Position numbers and translations under genes: made by a program. A DNA stretch of 36,975 nucleotides from a virus (lineage: Duplodnaviria > Caudoviricetes), in the IMG/VR virus record IMGVR_UViG_3300027282_000090, positions 1-36,975 of that record. One strand, written 5' to 3'. Shown here piece after piece: positions 34,520 through 36,975 of this stretch. The notes beneath the pieces are model-generated. The model worked only from the letters and a program-made list of their open reading frames with translations, made no database searches and was not told where the DNA came from. Each line of letters begins with the position of its first letter. The first letter of the stretch is position 1.

Positions 34520-35035
34520 CTATCGGTCGTTGGTGTGGGCTTCGATCCAGATCTTGAGCTGCACCAGGGCGACGATCGCCTCGTCTATCTCGGCAGCGCA
34601 ACGGGAATGCTCCTTGGCGGTGATCTTGCCAGGCGTTTTTTCAAACCAAGCTTTGCGGGATGCCTCTATGGCATCGCCGGTTTCACGGAGGACCTTTGAC
34701 ACCTCCTGCAAGATTCCGGCGTCAGCTGCAGGATGATGAACCGGCAGGGGAACAAACACACCGGAAAGGAGATCTGCGATATACCGGCCGATCGGATAGG
34801 CCCGGTCGGGTTTGCGATCGTCTTCGCGGATCATCGAGATTAGAGTCCGGAGCCGGGCAAGCGGGCCGAACTTACCGGTGGCGAATTCGTCATCGGTTTC
34901 CGGTGAGCGGCACCATGCTCGGACAAGCTGGGGAGAGATGGACAGCAAACGGGCGAGTTCACCTGAATCGCCTCGCTGGAGAACCATGTCCATAACTTCG
35001 TAGTCACGGGGGAGTTTCGTTTCTCTCTGTATCAC
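34520..35035 (-). CDS. CII-like phage regulatory protein
   Basis: N-terminal HTH (ELARLL.IS..LV.AW), GVFVPLP, V.RE.GD...GKIT..E......EI.EAI..L; downstream of cro; TAAGGTG site before a GTG start. Confidence 0.75.
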   Translation of the reverse strand: MIQRETKLPRDYEVMDMVLQRGDSGELARLLSISPQLVRAWCRSPETDDEFATGKFGPLARLRTLISMIREDDRKPDRAYPIGRYIADLLSGVFVPLPVHHPAADAGILQEVSKVLRETGDAIEASRKAWFEKTPGKITAKEHSRCAAEIDEAIVALVQLKIWIEAHTNDR

Positions 35036-35111
35036 AACTTCACCTTAGGCAGAAAGTTGATCATTATGTATGCGGTGTAGTGCCATCTAATTCATTTACC
35101 TTGCTAAAACG

Positions 35112-35184
35112 CCCGTCCCCCTGCTAGGGTGTGCAGTGCCACCTGTAACGCCCCAACTATGTCCGGGGGACGGGACTTTTTTTT
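35112..35184 (+). ncRNA. Long stem-loop with U-tract between cro and cII (antisense RNA or terminator/attenuator)
   Basis: CCCGTCCCCC (35112-35121) / GGGGGACGGG (35165-35174) enclosing an inner stem, followed by a T8 run. Confidence 0.45.
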
Positions 35185-35440
35185 ATTTTCTCTCTTCCTT
35201 CCTTTCTGGCCGGTTCGGGCCTTTTTGCAATTTTTCCGGCATTACGCCGTAGACGCCGCAGCCGAGATGGTTTGCGATATCCTGCAGGACCTTTTTGTTG
35301 CGACGATGGCCGTGGATATGAAGGCTGATATATGGTCGTGAGAATTTGGTCTGATCGGCAAATTTGGCGATGGCGCCCAGGCTGTCCTTGATCAGGAAGG
35401 CGTGGACTATCTGTTCCGGAGTTGTGAGGTTTTTGGGCAT
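35183..35440 (-). CDS. Cro/Ner-like HTH regulator
   Basis: Divergent from the repressor; IAKFA.QT.FSRPYIS..I.G.RRN.KV...IA..LG. Confidence 0.75.
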   Translation of the reverse strand: MPKNLTTPEQIVHAFLIKDSLGAIAKFADQTKFSRPYISLHIHGHRRNKKVLQDIANHLGCGVYGVMPEKLQKGPNRPERKEERK

Positions 35441-35452
35441 CTCAGTCACCAA

Positions 35453-35561
35453 AAGTCTTAAGTGAAGTGGGTGAAACGTTATTAAGCGTTTCGGCTAGGG
35501 TAGCTGAAAGCGTACCTAAGCGCAACATTAAAAACGCACACAATCGGACGGTACAGGAACG
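35453..35561. promoter_or_regulatory. Lysis/lysogeny switch region with candidate operators
   Basis: Palindrome GAAACG-N8-CGTTTC at 35473-35492 and five AA(A/G)CG motifs between the divergent cro-like and cI-like genes. Confidence 0.55.
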
Positions 35562-36026
35562 ATGCTCGATTTTAGTGAAAGATTGCAATACGTTATGGAT
35601 CAAAAAAAAATGAACCAAAACGAAGTTGCAGAAGGAATAGGGGTTAGCAGGTCAAGAATTAGTGATTGGCTAAATGCAAAGGTTACAGATCCAAGGCGCG
35701 GGACTCTGCAAAAACTTGCCGATTTCTTTGGCTGTAATATTGAATGGCTTGCAACTGGGAAAGGTGAAGCCTTTCCATCCACATCAGTGGCCAGACACCA
35801 AGAAGCTGCTGATCAGCTTGAAAGCGAATCACAAATCACAGAAATAGAACTTCAGGTCTTGAGAGCATACCGAAAGCTGGCAAAACTGGATTCTGACTTC
35901 CTTCTCGAATTACAAACCTGGATAAGCGAAGAGGAAGCAAAGCGACCAGGCTTCCCCGCATGGTTCAGGCTCGAATTCGAGAACCGCTTTCCCGAATTCA
36001 TAAAGTGGAAAAACGAATTTTTTTGA
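35562..36026 (+). CDS. CI-like Xre repressor without an S24 peptidase domain
   Basis: FSERL...MNQ.EVA..IGVSRS.IS.W...P....L.KLA.FFG.NIEWLATGKG; divergent from the cro-like gene. Confidence 0.88.
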   Translation: MLDFSERLQYVMDQKKMNQNEVAEGIGVSRSRISDWLNAKVTDPRRGTLQKLADFFGCNIEWLATGKGEAFPSTSVARHQEAADQLESESQITEIELQVLRAYRKLAKLDSDFLLELQTWISEEEAKRPGFPAWFRLEFENRFPEFIKWKNEFF

Positions 36027-36153
36027 ACTAAAATGAAAGATTTTTGAGTAATCAGCAATTTAAGCGCGTCAATTGTAATAAATATAAAATTAATAAATCC
36101 CAAGCGTTATCAACTAATAAACAATCATCAACGATAATTTCCGGAGGAACAAG

Positions 36154-36975
36154 ATGATCAAGTGTTTTCTTTCTCATAGTAGTGAGGATAAGGGATTATA
36201 TGTAGAGATAGTAGCATCCAAGCTTGAAAAAGAAAGCATCATTTATGACACAAAATCTTTTGAAGAAGGAATGCCACCTCTTGATGAAATTCTTAGAGGT
36301 TTAAACCAAACAGGAATATTTGTTTTATTTCTTTCTGACAGCTCATTAAACAAAGAATGGGTTAAGCGTGAAATCATAGAAGCGAAAAAGTTACATGAAA
36401 ATGGGAAAATTAAGCAGATATATCCAATAATAATTGATAAATCAATTGATTACAAAGATCCTAGGATTCCTGATTGGCTGAGAGACTCATATAATCTAAA
36501 GCAAATATTGAGACCAACTGTTGCTGCTCGAAGAATTAAACAGCGAATGCGGGAATTAAGTTGGGATTTTCATCCTAGACTTAAAGAGCGGGAAGATATT
36601 TTTGTTGGAAGAAATGAATTAATTTCATCCTTTGAATTACGAATAGATGATTTCGCAAAAAAGAAACCTAATTGTATTATTGCTTCGGGTATAGAAGGTG
36701 TCGGGCGGAAAGCATTCCTTAAGAGAGCTTTCAAAAAAAGTAATATTATTAACCCTTCTTATGAATTTCCCTCAATCTTTCTTAGTCAACATGAAAGTAT
36801 TGAGGATTTTTTGATAAAAATCTATGATTTTGGATTTTCTATAGATTTAGATTTAACTAGTGCCTGGCAGAAAACCCACAATTTTCAAAAACTCCTACCA
36901 CCGCAGACACCTTTAATGTGTAAGGTTTATTCTCCGGCAGCTAATTTTGAATTTTATAGGCTTCCAAAACAATAA
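36154..36975 (+). CDS. TIR-domain protein with the start of a STAND-like P-loop NTPase; probably 3'-truncated; candidate anti-phage gene
   Basis: CFLSHSS.DK, FVLFLS..SL...WVKRE (catalytic-type Glu); then FVGR.E and SGIEGVGRK; GGAGG ribosome-binding site; AT-rich. Confidence 0.85.
   Translation: MIKCFLSHSSEDKGLYVEIVASKLEKESIIYDTKSFEEGMPPLDEILRGLNQTGIFVLFLSDSSLNKEWVKREIIEAKKLHENGKIKQIYPIIIDKSIDYKDPRIPDWLRDSYNLKQILRPTVAARRIKQRMRELSWDFHPRLKEREDIFVGRNELISSFELRIDDFAKKKPNCIIASGIEGVGRKAFLKRAFKKSNIINPSYEFPSIFLSQHESIEDFLIKIYDFGFSIDLDLTSAWQKTHNFQKLLPPQTPLMCKVYSPAANFEFYRLPKQ
36857..36975. mobile_element. Possible insertion-sequence end or other junction interrupting the TIR-NTPase gene
   Basis: CTAG (36857-36860) followed by TGCCTGGCAGAAAACCC; base composition shifts and the translation stops looking like an NTPase domain. 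Confidence 0.35.

Larger units (their letters stand above)
1..36975. mobile_element. Lambda-like siphovirus prophage (temperate, probably cos-packaging); att ends not visible in the window
   Basis: Integrase, CI/Cro switch, primase and helicase, GpA-type terminase, lambda-type portal/S49 protease/decoration/capsid genes, tape measure with no sheath gene, and endolysin, in a coherent gene order. Confidence 0.96.

Noticed and set aside
1-36975. CRISPR array, tRNA/rRNA genes and attL/attR direct repeats
   Set aside because: None recognised by eye; the window begins and ends exactly at gene boundaries, so att sites probably lie outside it

Overview
The window is essentially one temperate, lambda-like siphovirus prophage from a Gram-negative host. 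The core genes run on the - strand. From right to left they are: cro-like, cII-like and Xis-like regulators; small early ORFs; a lambda-like cos site; SF3 (D5/P4-type) helicase; a candidate origin; Zn-ribbon/TOPRIM primase; a SLOG protein; small and large (GpA-type) terminase; a small winged-HTH protein; gpW, portal, S49 protease/scaffold, decoration protein and gpE-type capsid; neck and tail-tube genes; a frameshifting tail chaperone; tape measure; tail-tip genes; and a lysis region with a lambda R-type endolysin. The + strand carries the likely lysogeny-expressed genes: a tyrosine integrase, a CI-like repressor without a peptidase domain, and three AT-richer accessory loci. These are a RelE/HigB-HTH toxin-antitoxin pair, a ~955-aa repeat-solenoid protein with a channel-like C-terminus, and a TIR-NTPase gene that appears cut off at its 3' end. 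The last two are the best candidates for prophage-encoded anti-phage systems. Other points of note are a cos site ~4.6 kb from the terminase genes, a repeat-containing candidate late promoter, a structured antisense RNA-like element between cro and cII, and three reading-frame lesions in the tail/lysis region. All calls come from reading motifs by eye; no database search, alignment or folding program was run. No att sites, tRNA, rRNA, CRISPR array or reverse transcriptase were seen.
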